Assembly: GCA_963820555.1 (NCBI GenBank)
Contig: CAWGAT010000044.1
Location: 45,638-109,637 of the forward strand
Source: Candidatus Bathyarchaeota archaeon
GTDB taxonomy: Archaea > Thermoproteota > Bathyarchaeia > TCS64
Direction of reading: 5' to 3'
DNA: 64,000 nt
In this document: positions 36,772 to 45,618 of the stretch, in pieces
How positions within the stretch are numbered: the stretch's first letter is position 1
Layout of the letters: each line of letters opens with the position of its first letter
Program-made: the position numbers and the translations under genes
The notes under the pieces: generated by a model
Seen by the model: the letters and a program-made list of their open reading frames with translations, nothing else
Told to the model about the DNA's origin: nothing
Databases searched by the model: none

Positions 36772-39093
36772 ATGGCGACGGGGGTATTCATCTGCAAGTG
36801 TGGCGGGAACATCTCGGGCACGGTGGATTGCGAGAAGGTTCGAGACTCAGTTAAAGATGAGGGAGATGTCAAGACTGCGCAGGTCACCGAGTTCCTCTGT
36901 TCCAAGCCCGGACTCCAGCTGATTCAGAAAAGCATAAAGAACCATGGGCTGGACAGGGTCGTCGTCGCCTGCTGCAGCCCTCACATGCACGAAGAGATGT
37001 TCCGCGGTGTCGTCGAGGAGGCCGGCGTCAACAGGCACAAGCTCGTCCATGTCAACCTGAGGGAGCAGTGCAGCTGGGTCCACGACAGAGGTGCAACGGA
37101 GAAGGCCATGAGCCTCGTAAAGGGCGGGGTCGCGCGCGCTCGTACCCTTGAGCCCTTAGAGGAGAAAGTCGTAAAGATAAACAGGGACGTGCTCGTCATC
37201 GGCGGTGGAGTCGCGGGGATAACCGCTGGCTTACAGCTTAGCAAGGGCGGTTTCAAGGTCAGCCTCATCGAGCGTCGACCTAGCATAGGCGGGCGCATGG
37301 CACAGCTAAGTAAGACATTCCCCACCCTCGACTGCAGCCCGTGTATACTCAGCCCACGGATGGCGGAGGTCGGGAACGACGAGAACATCACCCTCCTGAC
37401 TGGGGCGGAGGTCGCCTCCGTGTCGGGCGGCCCGGGGGATTACCACGTCAAGGTCAGGGTCTCCCCAAGGGGAGTAGACGCTGAGAAGTGCCTCAAGTGT
37501 GGACGCTGTAGCCAAGTCTGCCCCACGGAGGTGCCGAATGAGTTCGAGGAAGGGTTGTACAAGCGTAAGGCCGCCTACCTACCATTCCCGCAGGCTGTAC
37601 CCTCGTCGTACGCCATTGACTTCGAGCACTGCCAGCGATGCGGCGCCTGCGTTGAGGCGTGCCCCGTCGGCGCCATCAACCTAGATGATGAGGAGAAGAT
37701 AGTCACCGTCGACGCCGGGTCGATGATAGTTGCCACTGGCTTCGACCTCATCGGGAACGAGGTGCTCCGCACCTATCACCCCGAGATGAGCGGGGTCGTT
37801 AACGGCCTACAGGTGGAGAGGCTCATCGAGAACGAGCTCACGGAGGGGAAGGTCCTGACGCGGGGGAACGGGGAGAGGGTTAAGTCCATCGCCTACGTCC
37901 TCTGCGCGGGGAGTCGGGACCCCCACCACGGTGTCGGCTACTGCAGCAGCGTCTGCTGCGCCTACTCCGTCAAGCAGGCCATCCTGCTCAGGAAGTTCCT
38001 ACCCTTCCTCAAGGTCTACATCTACTACACGGATATGCGGATGACTGGGCGTGGGTTCGAGGACTTCTACAGGGAGGCGCGCGAGAAGGGGGTCCAGTTT
38101 ATTCACGCGAAGCCCGGCGGGGTTACGCCCCTCGAGGATGGGCGGTTCGAGATAATCGTCGAGGACCTCGACACGGGGCTTATGCTGAGGAACCCGGTGG
38201 ACCTCGTTGTGCTCAGCTCCGCTATGGTCCCTTCCGCGGGGACGGGTGAGTTGGCGTCCCGCCTCGGCATAGCTCTCGGGGAGGACCTCTTCGTGGCGCC
38301 GAAGCATGTAAAGCTCGACCCGATCTCGACGCTGAGGGAGGGCGTCTTCGCCGTCGGTGTCGCTACGGGGACAAAGGATATACACGACTCGGTCATCGAC
38401 GCGAGGGCCGCGGCAAGCCACGTCTTCAACTTCGTCGGGGACGGCACTGCTAAGCTGAGCCCCGCCAAGCCCACCCATGAAGGGGAGTGCGACCTCTGCG
38501 GGGCCTGCGTGGACGCCTGCTCTAGAGGGGCCCTGACTATGGGTGGCGAGGGTCCGGTCCTCGACCCCGTGAGCTGCAACGGCTGCGGGGCGTGTATCTC
38601 TGTCTGCCCCAGAGGTTCGCTCAGGATACCGAACAACTCCGGGGACGCCTTGCTCGAGGAGGCAAGGGGGCTCCTCTCGGGAACCGAGGGAGACGTGGCT
38701 GTCCTGGGCTTTTTCGACGACAACATCAGTTATACGGCGGCCGACAACGCGGGTACTGCACGGCTTCACTACCCAACGAACATCAGGATTCTGAGGATGC
38801 CCTCCACCGCCCTTCTGAGCAAGGAGACCATCCTGAAGGCGATGGGGCTGGGCGCCGACGGCGTGCTCATCTGCGAGGTGGAGGAGAGCCATGAGGCCGA
38901 GCTGGCAGCGAGGCTCGTCGAGGATGTCTCGGAGACCCTGAAGAGCCTCGGCGTAGAGCCGGGGAGGGTACGCCTCCAGCCTATGGTGCTGCCCATCTTT
39001 AAGATGCTCCCCAAGTTCATCTCGGACTTCACGGAGCAGGTGAAGAAGATGGGCAAGATACCACCAGCGAAGCAGCGACTCTTATTAGGTTGA
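36772..39093 (+). CDS. hdrA: HdrA-MvhD fusion protein, copy 3 (intact)
   Basis: GVFICKCGGNISG, VVVACCSPH, VLVIGGGVAGITAGL, CLKCGRCSQVCP, CQRCGACVEACP. C-terminal MvhD-like domain. An alternative GTG start at 36763 overlaps hdrB. Confidence 0.9.
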   Translation: MATGVFICKCGGNISGTVDCEKVRDSVKDEGDVKTAQVTEFLCSKPGLQLIQKSIKNHGLDRVVVACCSPHMHEEMFRGVVEEAGVNRHKLVHVNLREQCSWVHDRGATEKAMSLVKGGVARARTLEPLEEKVVKINRDVLVIGGGVAGITAGLQLSKGGFKVSLIERRPSIGGRMAQLSKTFPTLDCSPCILSPRMAEVGNDENITLLTGAEVASVSGGPGDYHVKVRVSPRGVDAEKCLKCGRCSQVCPTEVPNEFEEGLYKRKAAYLPFPQAVPSSYAIDFEHCQRCGACVEACPVGAINLDDEEKIVTVDAGSMIVATGFDLIGNEVLRTYHPEMSGVVNGLQVERLIENELTEGKVLTRGNGERVKSIAYVLCAGSRDPHHGVGYCSSVCCAYSVKQAILLRKFLPFLKVYIYYTDMRMTGRGFEDFYREAREKGVQFIHAKPGGVTPLEDGRFEIIVEDLDTGLMLRNPVDLVVLSSAMVPSAGTGELASRLGIALGEDLFVAPKHVKLDPISTLREGVFAVGVATGTKDIHDSVIDARAAASHVFNFVGDGTAKLSPAKPTHEGECDLCGACVDACSRGALTMGGEGPVLDPVSCNGCGACISVCPRGSLRIPNNSGDALLEEARGLLSGTEGDVAVLGFFDDNISYTAADNAGTARLHYPTNIRILRMPSTALLSKETILKAMGLGADGVLICEVEESHEAELAARLVEDVSETLKSLGVEPGRVRLQPMVLPIFKMLPKFISDFTEQVKKMGKIPPAKQRLLLG

Positions 39094-39136
39094 GACTAGT
39101 AAGTTTTAGTTTATGTGAGATAAAGTCATTCTCAAG

Positions 39137-39174
39137 TCTCCTTGTAACTAGTAGGGGGGTATAAGAGAAAAAAA
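39137..39174 (+). promoter_or_regulatory. promoter-like module TCTCC-TTGTAACTAGTA-G6-TATAAG-AG-A7, related to 53061-53108
   Basis: Read directly; about 70 percent identical by hand alignment to the module at 53061-53108. Confidence 0.3.
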
Positions 39175-39622
39175 TCAGTCATGTGATCGACGATTTCACA
39201 CGCAATATAGTGACTGTGAAGAGGTGCTGTTTTCAAGACTCTTCCGTTCAAGTAGCATATCATAATTTAAAGAAATATTCCAAATAACCATTCAGATCTC
39301 ACAGATTCTGTCCGTAGTAAATTCTCGAAGAGAAGGCCCTTGAGTTACGGGGGTGTTAAGCTCCTTGTATAGGTGTTTCCCTGCCAGAAAATCACCTTCC
39401 TTCCATCATCGTACTTCTTGTTCCGTTCACTGAATGAAGAGGCAGAGGGATCGTGGAATTTACTAGATCCAGTTATTATTAGTCTGAAAATGGGTGAGAT
39501 TTTTAATATAAAGAATGACGGAAGGTCAACCTATCATATATATTTAGTTGGCAGTATGTATCGTTGTTTTCTATATGACGATATTTTTTCCTCAGCTCTT
39601 ATTGAAGAGGTGTTGTCACTAG

Positions 39623-40024
39623 CTAGGCGGAACCTTTCCCCGTCAGAAATTCAATAATTTTTTCCGGCTGTCCATCTATCTCCACTTCTATTGGGCCTAG
39701 GGGAGACTTACTTGCGTGATAGATGCTAACGTGGTTCGCGTATGCGGCCTGTCTGTTTAAGTGGAATGTGACCTTCTCATTTTTAGCGGCCCAACGACTG
39801 AGCATCGCCCTTGCTGCGTCCCTGATCCTGTCACTTGCCATCCTTTGTTTGAGCTGTCGGAGGGTGTCGATGCCCATCGACTCGAATCCAAGATAAGTTG
39901 TACCGTGCTCCTTACTGCGTTGAATCTCCACTTCCCCGAATAGGTTAGTGATGGCTCGCTCAAGCTTCTCTGGGTCCTCGGTGGAGTTGAGGTGAGCCTT
40001 CACGGTGACCCTGACTTCAGCCAT
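39623..40024 (-). CDS. UPF0201-family predicted RNA-binding protein (COG1931-like)
   Basis: MAEVRVTVKAHLNSTEDPEKLERAITNLFG N-terminus is typical of the family, and it shows the usual archaeal pairing with a UPF0200 gene. Confidence 0.65.
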   Translation of the reverse strand: MAEVRVTVKAHLNSTEDPEKLERAITNLFGEVEIQRSKEHGTTYLGFESMGIDTLRQLKQRMASDRIRDAARAMLSRWAAKNEKVTFHLNRQAAYANHVSIYHASKSPLGPIEVEIDGQPEKIIEFLTGKGSA

Positions 40025-40565
40025 TTCTTATCCGCTCCATGATCTCGTCGAAGGCGGGTTTTAAGCTGCTTATTCCGTCGTCGTTCTTGATTATGTAGTC
40101 ACTGGAGGCGATAGCGTCCCCGATACCGAAGCCGAGTTCGCGGCGTTCCCTCTCTTTGAACTCTTCCCAAGTCTTCGGGTCGTCGCTGCGTCCTCGTCGG
40201 GTGAGCCTCTTAAACCTGCTGAGGGGGCTTGCCCACAGTGCGATGAGGACGACGTCGAAGTCGTCTTTGAAGGCGTCGACTTCGGCTATGCTCCTAATAC
40301 CATCGACGACGGTTAGGCCATCTGGTCCTTTCTTGAGCATCTCTACACAGCGGCGGGCGACGGCGTCCGGGCCCTCTTTGCGTATCTCCTCTGCGAGGTG
40401 GCCGATGTTCTCCGGGGTTGGATCGAGCGTTTTCTGCTTTGCGAGGTCTCTGATGACGTCGCCCATGGTTATGACGCGTAAACCGGATTCGCGTATGATC
40501 CCAGAAAGAGTGGTTTTTCCGGAGCCGGCCATCCCCGTTAGGAGAATTAGTCGTCTCCGGGCCAT
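40017..40565 (-). CDS. UPF0200-family P-loop NMP-kinase-like protein (CoaE/adenylate-kinase-like)
   Basis: P-loop LTGMAGSGKTT followed by ITMGDVIRDLAKQ; 8-nt overlap with the UPF0201 gene. Confidence 0.7.
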   Translation of the reverse strand: MARRRLILLTGMAGSGKTTLSGIIRESGLRVITMGDVIRDLAKQKTLDPTPENIGHLAEEIRKEGPDAVARRCVEMLKKGPDGLTVVDGIRSIAEVDAFKDDFDVVLIALWASPLSRFKRLTRRGRSDDPKTWEEFKERERRELGFGIGDAIASSDYIIKNDDGISSLKPAFDEIMERIRNG

Positions 40566-40567
40566 TC

Positions 40568-41335
40568 TCAGCCCATCCTCTCGAGCCCATGACTTCGCGT
40601 CTTAATGAAGACGCTCCTGAGTCCCGTCTGCAGGGCTTCTCGGGCGAGGCTCGTCATTGCCTCCCTCGTAGGAGGTTTCTCCTGTTTAAGGGTTTGGCTT
40701 AGTACCTCTCCGAGGTTGTCGAACTGTTGGAGGTAGAATACGTCGCATCTCCCCTTGATGGATTCGGCGATGCTGCGGATGAAGGCAGGATCGTCGGAGA
40801 CTCCGGGGGCGACAGTGGTGCGTATCTCCATCTCGATGCCCAAATCCTTGCTTAGGTTAAGGCAGTGCTCGACGGCCTCGACCGAGGCTTCGCCCAGGTC
40901 CGGGCGACCGGTGACCTTCCCATAGTCTATGGGGTTAATCGGTGCCTTCACATCGAGGGCGACCCTGTCGATGGCACCGCTACGTAGTATCTTGTCTATG
41001 TTCTCCTTGACACTGCCGTTCGTGTCGAGCATGACCTTGAGTCCACGGTTCTTGGCGAGCCTCGCGGCCTCGATTACGGCGTCTGGTTGGAGGGCGGGTT
41101 CCCCGCCGGTGAAGACGACAGCGTCGTTGATGACTTTGTTCGCCTCGAAGCGGTCGCGTAGGAGGTCGAGGTCTATCTCTCTCCCCGAGTCGAGGGGGAT
41201 GAGGCCCGAGTTCTGGCAGTACGGGCACCTGTAGTTGCAGCCCGCGCAGAAGACGATGAGGCTCACGTTGCCGTACCAGTCGACGGTGGACATGTCGGTG
41301 ATGCCGCCGACCCTCAGCCTCGCCTCTGGGCTCAA
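40568..41335 (-). CDS. radical SAM activating enzyme (PflA/NrdG-like)
   Basis: VDWYGNVSLIVFCAGCNYRCPYCQNSGLI contains the CxxxCxxC radical SAM motif. Confidence 0.8.
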   Translation of the reverse strand: MSPEARLRVGGITDMSTVDWYGNVSLIVFCAGCNYRCPYCQNSGLIPLDSGREIDLDLLRDRFEANKVINDAVVFTGGEPALQPDAVIEAARLAKNRGLKVMLDTNGSVKENIDKILRSGAIDRVALDVKAPINPIDYGKVTGRPDLGEASVEAVEHCLNLSKDLGIEMEIRTTVAPGVSDDPAFIRSIAESIKGRCDVFYLQQFDNLGEVLSQTLKQEKPPTREAMTSLAREALQTGLRSVFIKTRSHGLERMG

Positions 41336-41340
41336 TCAGA

Positions 41341-41736
41341 TCAACTGATGGATGTGGGCTCCGATTTAAAGGGGTTGGGCCCGTCCGGCTTCGTCGGCCC
41401 GGTGCCGCCGACAATGCTTATATGGCTGAAGTCCTCCCCGACGCTGCCGTGCCAGTGGCTCTCGCCGGCCGGGATGAAGAAGGCCATCCCGGGCTCGGCT
41501 ATATACTCCTTCTCTCTGCTCGCCACCCTCCCCCTACCCGCGAGTATCCAGAGGCACTGATCGTGCTCGTGGGTGTGCCACGTGTTCCTGACACCAGCGG
41601 GGAATGAGACTAGGCTAACGTTGAGGTTAGTGGCCCCAGTCTCCTTGCCGAAGACCCTCTGGATGGTCACCTCGCCCGTGAATATGCCGCCCGAGGTTGG
41701 CTCCGCAGCCACCTCGCCAAGCCTCCTGACCTTCAT
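41341..41736 (-). CDS. cupin-domain protein
   Basis: 131 aa with WHTHEHDQ and GESHWHG cupin His motifs. Confidence 0.7.
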   Translation of the reverse strand: MKVRRLGEVAAEPTSGGIFTGEVTIQRVFGKETGATNLNVSLVSFPAGVRNTWHTHEHDQCLWILAGRGRVASREKEYIAEPGMAFFIPAGESHWHGSVGEDFSHISIVGGTGPTKPDGPNPFKSEPTSIS

Positions 41737-42020
41737 AGTGTATCAGTTGATTATTCACCAATGGCTAAATCAATTTATCTGAGGTAAATCTTGGTGATAA
41801 ATTTCGACTATAGACATTGCCGATCGGTATATACAAAAAGACTGATAATGAGTGAAATAAAGCTCAGGATACCCTCCTATACCGACCGGATCGGTATTAC
41901 GGGCTCCGTTGGCTGAACAGAGGGATATTTGAGCCGGAATGGTTACCGATATACTGATCACGCGGTGGTTAAACAACAAACACAATTCACCGACAGGGAG
42001 CGAGTTGTTATTTATCTGCG

Positions 42021-42479
42021 TTAATTCCACTTGTTTAAACTCGAATTCCATGAAGCATTATCTAGCTTGGAAGATCCAGTAAATATTTGTTCTTTGTTGA
42101 ATCCACCATCGTCCAATAAAAATCGAATTTTCCTTGAGGGCTCGTCGATCTCGATCTTAAACACGAAAGTTTCTCCCCCGGTATCCGGCCTTAGCTGCAG
42201 AGTCTTTTCCTCTAAAAGACCAAATTTCCTGCTCTCCACCCTACGGCTCATCGAATTGATCACTCCTCTCGTCTCCGCGAATCTCACGCTCTGATCAGCA
42301 TTTAGGCCATAGTGACAGTGGGCCACATCCGTTCCTTTTTTCCCTACAAGGACATCTATGTAGTAATCACCGCGCCTGTCATCTTTTTTTATTCGAACCT
42401 TGGCCCAGTGGCTATGGCTCTCGTAATGACAACTATCTACATCGAAACTGAAGCTGTCATCGATCCTTACTTGGCCCAA
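42021..42479 (-). CDS. hypothetical protein
   Basis: 152-aa ORF in a lower-GC stretch; no recognised motif. Confidence 0.4.
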   Translation of the reverse strand: MGQVRIDDSFSFDVDSCHYESHSHWAKVRIKKDDRRGDYYIDVLVGKKGTDVAHCHYGLNADQSVRFAETRGVINSMSRRVESRKFGLLEEKTLQLRPDTGGETFVFKIEIDEPSRKIRFLLDDGGFNKEQIFTGSSKLDNASWNSSLNKWN

Positions 42480-43750
42480 ATCTAATCACATGATCGCGTG
42501 CGACATCCTAAAAATAATTGTGGATGCGCGCGATGATGTATGAAGAATATATCGACGCGGCGCTCAGGTCAAACCATGAGCGCCGTCGTCTGTGGACTCG
42601 ACGTCCACAAGGAAACAACCTACGCAACCAGTACTTGACCGCAGACGGCCAGGTACTCGTCCAGAGGAAGATGCCCAACGAGGACATACCCGCGTTCCTC
42701 GAGCCATACCACCCAGAGAAGCTGGCGATGGAGGCCTCCACCTACATCATCCCACTCTACCGGAAACTCACCGAGCAGGGATACGACGTCACCGTCAGCC
42801 ACCCCAAGAAGACACGGCTACATCGCGGAGGCAAGAATCAAATCTGACAGAGTCGACTCAAGGGCATTAGCGGAGCTGCTGAGGCTGGACAGCTTGCCCG
42901 ACGAGCTACATACCACCCGAGGGAGATCGCGGCGATCCGGGAGAAGGTCCGCCGCAGGGCCTTCCTCGTCCGGCAGGTCACGAAGCTCAAGGTGAAGATC
43001 CGGGACGTCCTCGCCTACGAGGGAGTCAAGCCACCGACGGGCTACGGCCTCTTCACCGCGAAGGGAGTCGAGTGGCTCCACGAGCCTCGAGCTTGGAGCC
43101 CGTGGACTGCTACCTCCGCCTCATCGAGCCCCTGAAGGATGAGGTGAAGCTCCTCTCCTCCATCTGAAGCGGAGGCCGGGAAGGACCCGGATGTCCGGCT
43201 ACTCATGACGATCCCCGGCGTCGGCTACTACGTCGCCCTCCTCGTGAAGGCCGAGATCGGTGATGTGAGACGATTCAGCAGCGGTGACCACCTGGCCAGC
43301 TACGCGGGGCTGGTCCCGAGCACCCGGAGCAGCGGTGGTGTGGAGAGGCATGGCGGCATCACCCGTCAGGGATCCAGGTGGCTGCGTTGGGCGCTGGTGG
43401 AGGCGGCGATGGTTCACATCCGGGTCGACTCGCCGGTTACCCGCTTCTACCACGGCGTGGCGGAGAGGCGTGGCAGGAAGGCGGCGTTGGTGGCTGCTGC
43501 GAGGAAGCTGGCGGACGGTGTGTTACTAGTGTGCTGGTGAATGGGAGGCCGTACTTCAATCCGTTGGATGCTCAGGCGTAGATGTGGACTCGCCGTGGAA
43601 GCGCTGACCATCGGGTGGTGGTCGTGCGCGCGATTGGCGGTGCCTGGTGGCGCAGTGTCATGTTGCCCCTGTGTGTGGGCGGATAGGCGCATGCAGTTCT
43701 TTCACGGCGTGGGAGTTGGGTGGGAGGATAAGTCTAAATACGACTTCATA
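42480..43750 (+). mobile_element. decayed IS110-family insertion sequence (boundaries approximate)
   Basis: Transposase pseudogene plus about 210 nt of GC-rich non-coding 3' sequence. Upstream hairpin at 42491-42533. The flanks on both sides are AT-rich. Confidence 0.5.
42576..43540 (+). pseudogene. IS110-family (DEDD) transposase with at least 5 frame disruptions
   Basis: Rebuilt by hand across three frames: MSAVVCGLDVHKETTYAT / LTADGQVLVQRKM...SHPKKTR / YIAEARIKSDRVDSRALAELLRLDSLP / REIAAIREKVRRRAFLVRQ... / LLMTIPGVGYYVALLVKAEIGDVRRFSSGDHLASYAGLVPSTRSSGG. Confidence 0.8.
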
Positions 43751-44431
43751 TAGGCGCAAAGCAAATGTATGATCAACCATTCAATCACAGTTGAGTATCA
43801 GATGGAGCTAAGGATAATTTATGGAGAAATTTAGTTAATGTTTAAATCCGTTGGCATCCCATAGCTAATATGCAGTTGGTCGAGCGCTTCTTCATTTAAC
43901 ATTGTTATGATAAATTATTACTGGTAACTTAAAATTAATTTGATCACTGTGTGCAGCGCGCGCGACTTTCAATTTTCTAATTTATACCTAAATAATTGAT
44001 ATTCTCGGTATCCAGGTTTTTCTCTCGTCCCTGAGATACTTCGCGAATAGAAGGGCTTCCTCGTTGATCAGCGTCTCAAGTGTATGATGCTCCCATGTCT
44101 AATCCGCTTGACCTCCCATCGCACGCGATTCTGGCTTGGAGTCAAACGGGGGTGTGGACGTACATGATCTCTACTGGATTGCTAATCGAGTGATGGAGAC
44201 ATTCATCTGGATAGGGTTTGTGCGTATAAATATTTGAGACAAAACTTTCTTTTCTAAACAAACTCACTAGTTATATAATAGTCTCTAAAATTATACTTTA
44301 TATATAAGTAAAACCGTTTGTCCGCTAATTGAGTAACTTAGCTGTTACATAATATCTCCGTAATACTTCAAATATTTCTAAACTTCAGCAACACATATAA
44401 GTACAGACTAAAAGATCAAAATGGATTAACC

Positions 44432-44620
44432 TTGAATGTAAGTTTAAGCAACGGATCGCGTTGGTTAAAGTACGTCTACCTGACCGTCGGTCTCTACGCA
44501 TTGTGGAGCATGACGGATGCTATGATCAAAACCTCACCAGGATTCGCATACTATGGATACGCTGTCCTAGGTGCTGTGCTGGTGTTTCTAACCAGACAAA
44601 TACAAAAGGGGAGGGTCTAG
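44432..44620 (+). CDS. small membrane protein (2 predicted TM), hypothetical
   Basis: 62-aa ORF with a TTG start and hydrophobic stretches, in the low-GC island. Confidence 0.35.
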   Translation: MNVSLSNGSRWLKYVYLTVGLYALWSMTDAMIKTSPGFAYYGYAVLGAVLVFLTRQIQKGRV

Positions 44621-44621
44621 T

Positions 44622-44807
44622 ATGAATGGGTGGTTAATTATTGCTGGCTTACTAGCAATCATGCTCGGCATAGCACTTTACATGGATAATCCAAATGCCC
44701 GCAGTCGATCTTATTCCAATTCTCAGTTCGGAGAGTTTAGAGGCACTCCTGCTAACGTGTTAATGTTCATGGGTTTTGCCATGATGGGTCTGGGGGCAGT
44801 AATATAG
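44622..44807 (+). CDS. small membrane protein (2 predicted TM), hypothetical
   Basis: 61-aa ORF starting 1 nt after the previous stop; WLIIAGLLAIMLGIALY and VLMFMGFAMMGLGAVI. Confidence 0.35.
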   Translation: MNGWLIIAGLLAIMLGIALYMDNPNARSRSYSNSQFGEFRGTPANVLMFMGFAMMGLGAVI

Positions 44808-44817
44808 CTAAACCGTC

Positions 44818-44880
44818 TTAACCACACGTTTTTGTAAGGTAATATCCTCTCGTACATTGGATCGTAAGTAGAGTGGGCTA
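44818..44880 (-). pseudogene. remnant of an integrase 3' end, a degenerate copy of 45619-45680
   Basis: Hand alignment gives about 80 percent identity over a ~41-nt core, and the stop codon sits at the same offset. Encodes ..LLTIQCTRGYYLTK.. versus ..LLTIEWTREYCPTK.. in the integrase. Confidence 0.45.
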
Positions 44881-44908
44881 TTTCGTCTTGAAATTGTCAA
44901 GCTATTGG

Positions 44909-45514
44909 CTAAACTCCATTATTTACCAATTTATCTAACTCTGCATAAGAAGTTCCTTGTAAGTGAACGTAAAGAGTGTATGTTCCGGGAGGAAGCAATA
45001 GAACATCCGTAGTACCAACATATGTAGAACCGAGCCACTCAGAATCAATCTTTCCACCAGTACCTGCGGAAGCATCGGATAAGCTAACAATACCATCAAA
45101 TAGCATTAAATATGCATAGTTGGATGATGACGAAGTGCTATCAGCAGCGTACCAATATATACGATATAAACTCTTCCCATCGGCAGTAATTGTGTAGACT
45201 GTCTGTGTTCCTGTTGTCCAAATAGCTTGACTTTGCCATGTTCCTGAGAAACTCCATGCGGGACCTTGAGGACCCTGTGCCCCGGTAAGACCTTGCAGTC
45301 CTTGATTTCCTTGGTTTCCCTGAGGACCTTGTACACCTTGTATGCCTTGGACACCTTGAATACCTTGGATACCTTGTATCCCCTGAATGCCTTGAGGACC
45401 TCTTATGGTCTCCCTAAGAGGAGACACTTCCAATAGCAACCCTATTGATAACAGGCTTGAGCACACTGTGGTTAGAATAATGATACTTACTATTTGAGAC
45501 GTTTTTAAACTCAT
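44909..45514 (-). CDS. collagen-like triple-helix repeat protein with an N-terminal membrane anchor
   Basis: 16 uninterrupted G-X-Y triplets ([48 protein letters not shown]), encoded at 45257-45400. N-terminal [23 protein letters not shown] and a ~115-aa C-terminal globular domain. Confidence 0.8.
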   Translation of the reverse strand: MSLKTSQIVSIIILTTVCSSLLSIGLLLEVSPLRETIRGPQGIQGIQGIQGIQGVQGIQGVQGPQGNQGNQGLQGLTGAQGPQGPAWSFSGTWQSQAIWTTGTQTVYTITADGKSLYRIYWYAADSTSSSSNYAYLMLFDGIVSLSDASAGTGGKIDSEWLGSTYVGTTDVLLLPPGTYTLYVHLQGTSYAELDKLVNNGV

Positions 45515-45618
45515 TTTCGGTCTTCAATGATTAGTTAAATGTAATATAAAAAATCAATGGATCATTAGTTCATTTAAAAAGTAACTTTCTTGGTTTACTA
45601 AATTCTATACAGTCGCAC

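Noticed and set aside
37999-38892. 297-aa and 207-aa minus-strand ORFs antisense to hdrA copy 3
   Set aside because: Shadow ORFs over an intact, motif-rich HdrA-MvhD frame.
39373-39657. 94-aa plus-strand ORF in the spacer after hdrA copy 3
   Set aside because: AT-rich with an implausible peptide, and it overlaps the 3' end of the UPF0201 gene. No support as a gene.
41770-42051. 93-aa minus-strand ORF
   Set aside because: AT-rich, no motifs, and it overlaps the start region of 42021-42479. Likely spurious.
43988-44096. Apparent small minus-strand gene (..LETLINEEALLFAKYLRDERKTWIPRISII)
   Set aside because: Careful re-translation shows that the ATG at 44096 is in a different frame and hits a stop after 6 codons. 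The conserved-looking frame has no start codon. At best this is a gene fragment.
45257-45400. 9-nt periodic nucleotide repeat that could be mistaken for a tandem repeat or array
   Set aside because: It is the coding sequence of the G-X-Y collagen-like repeats on the minus strand, not a CRISPR or non-coding satellite. No CRISPR-like repeat-spacer array was seen anywhere in the window.
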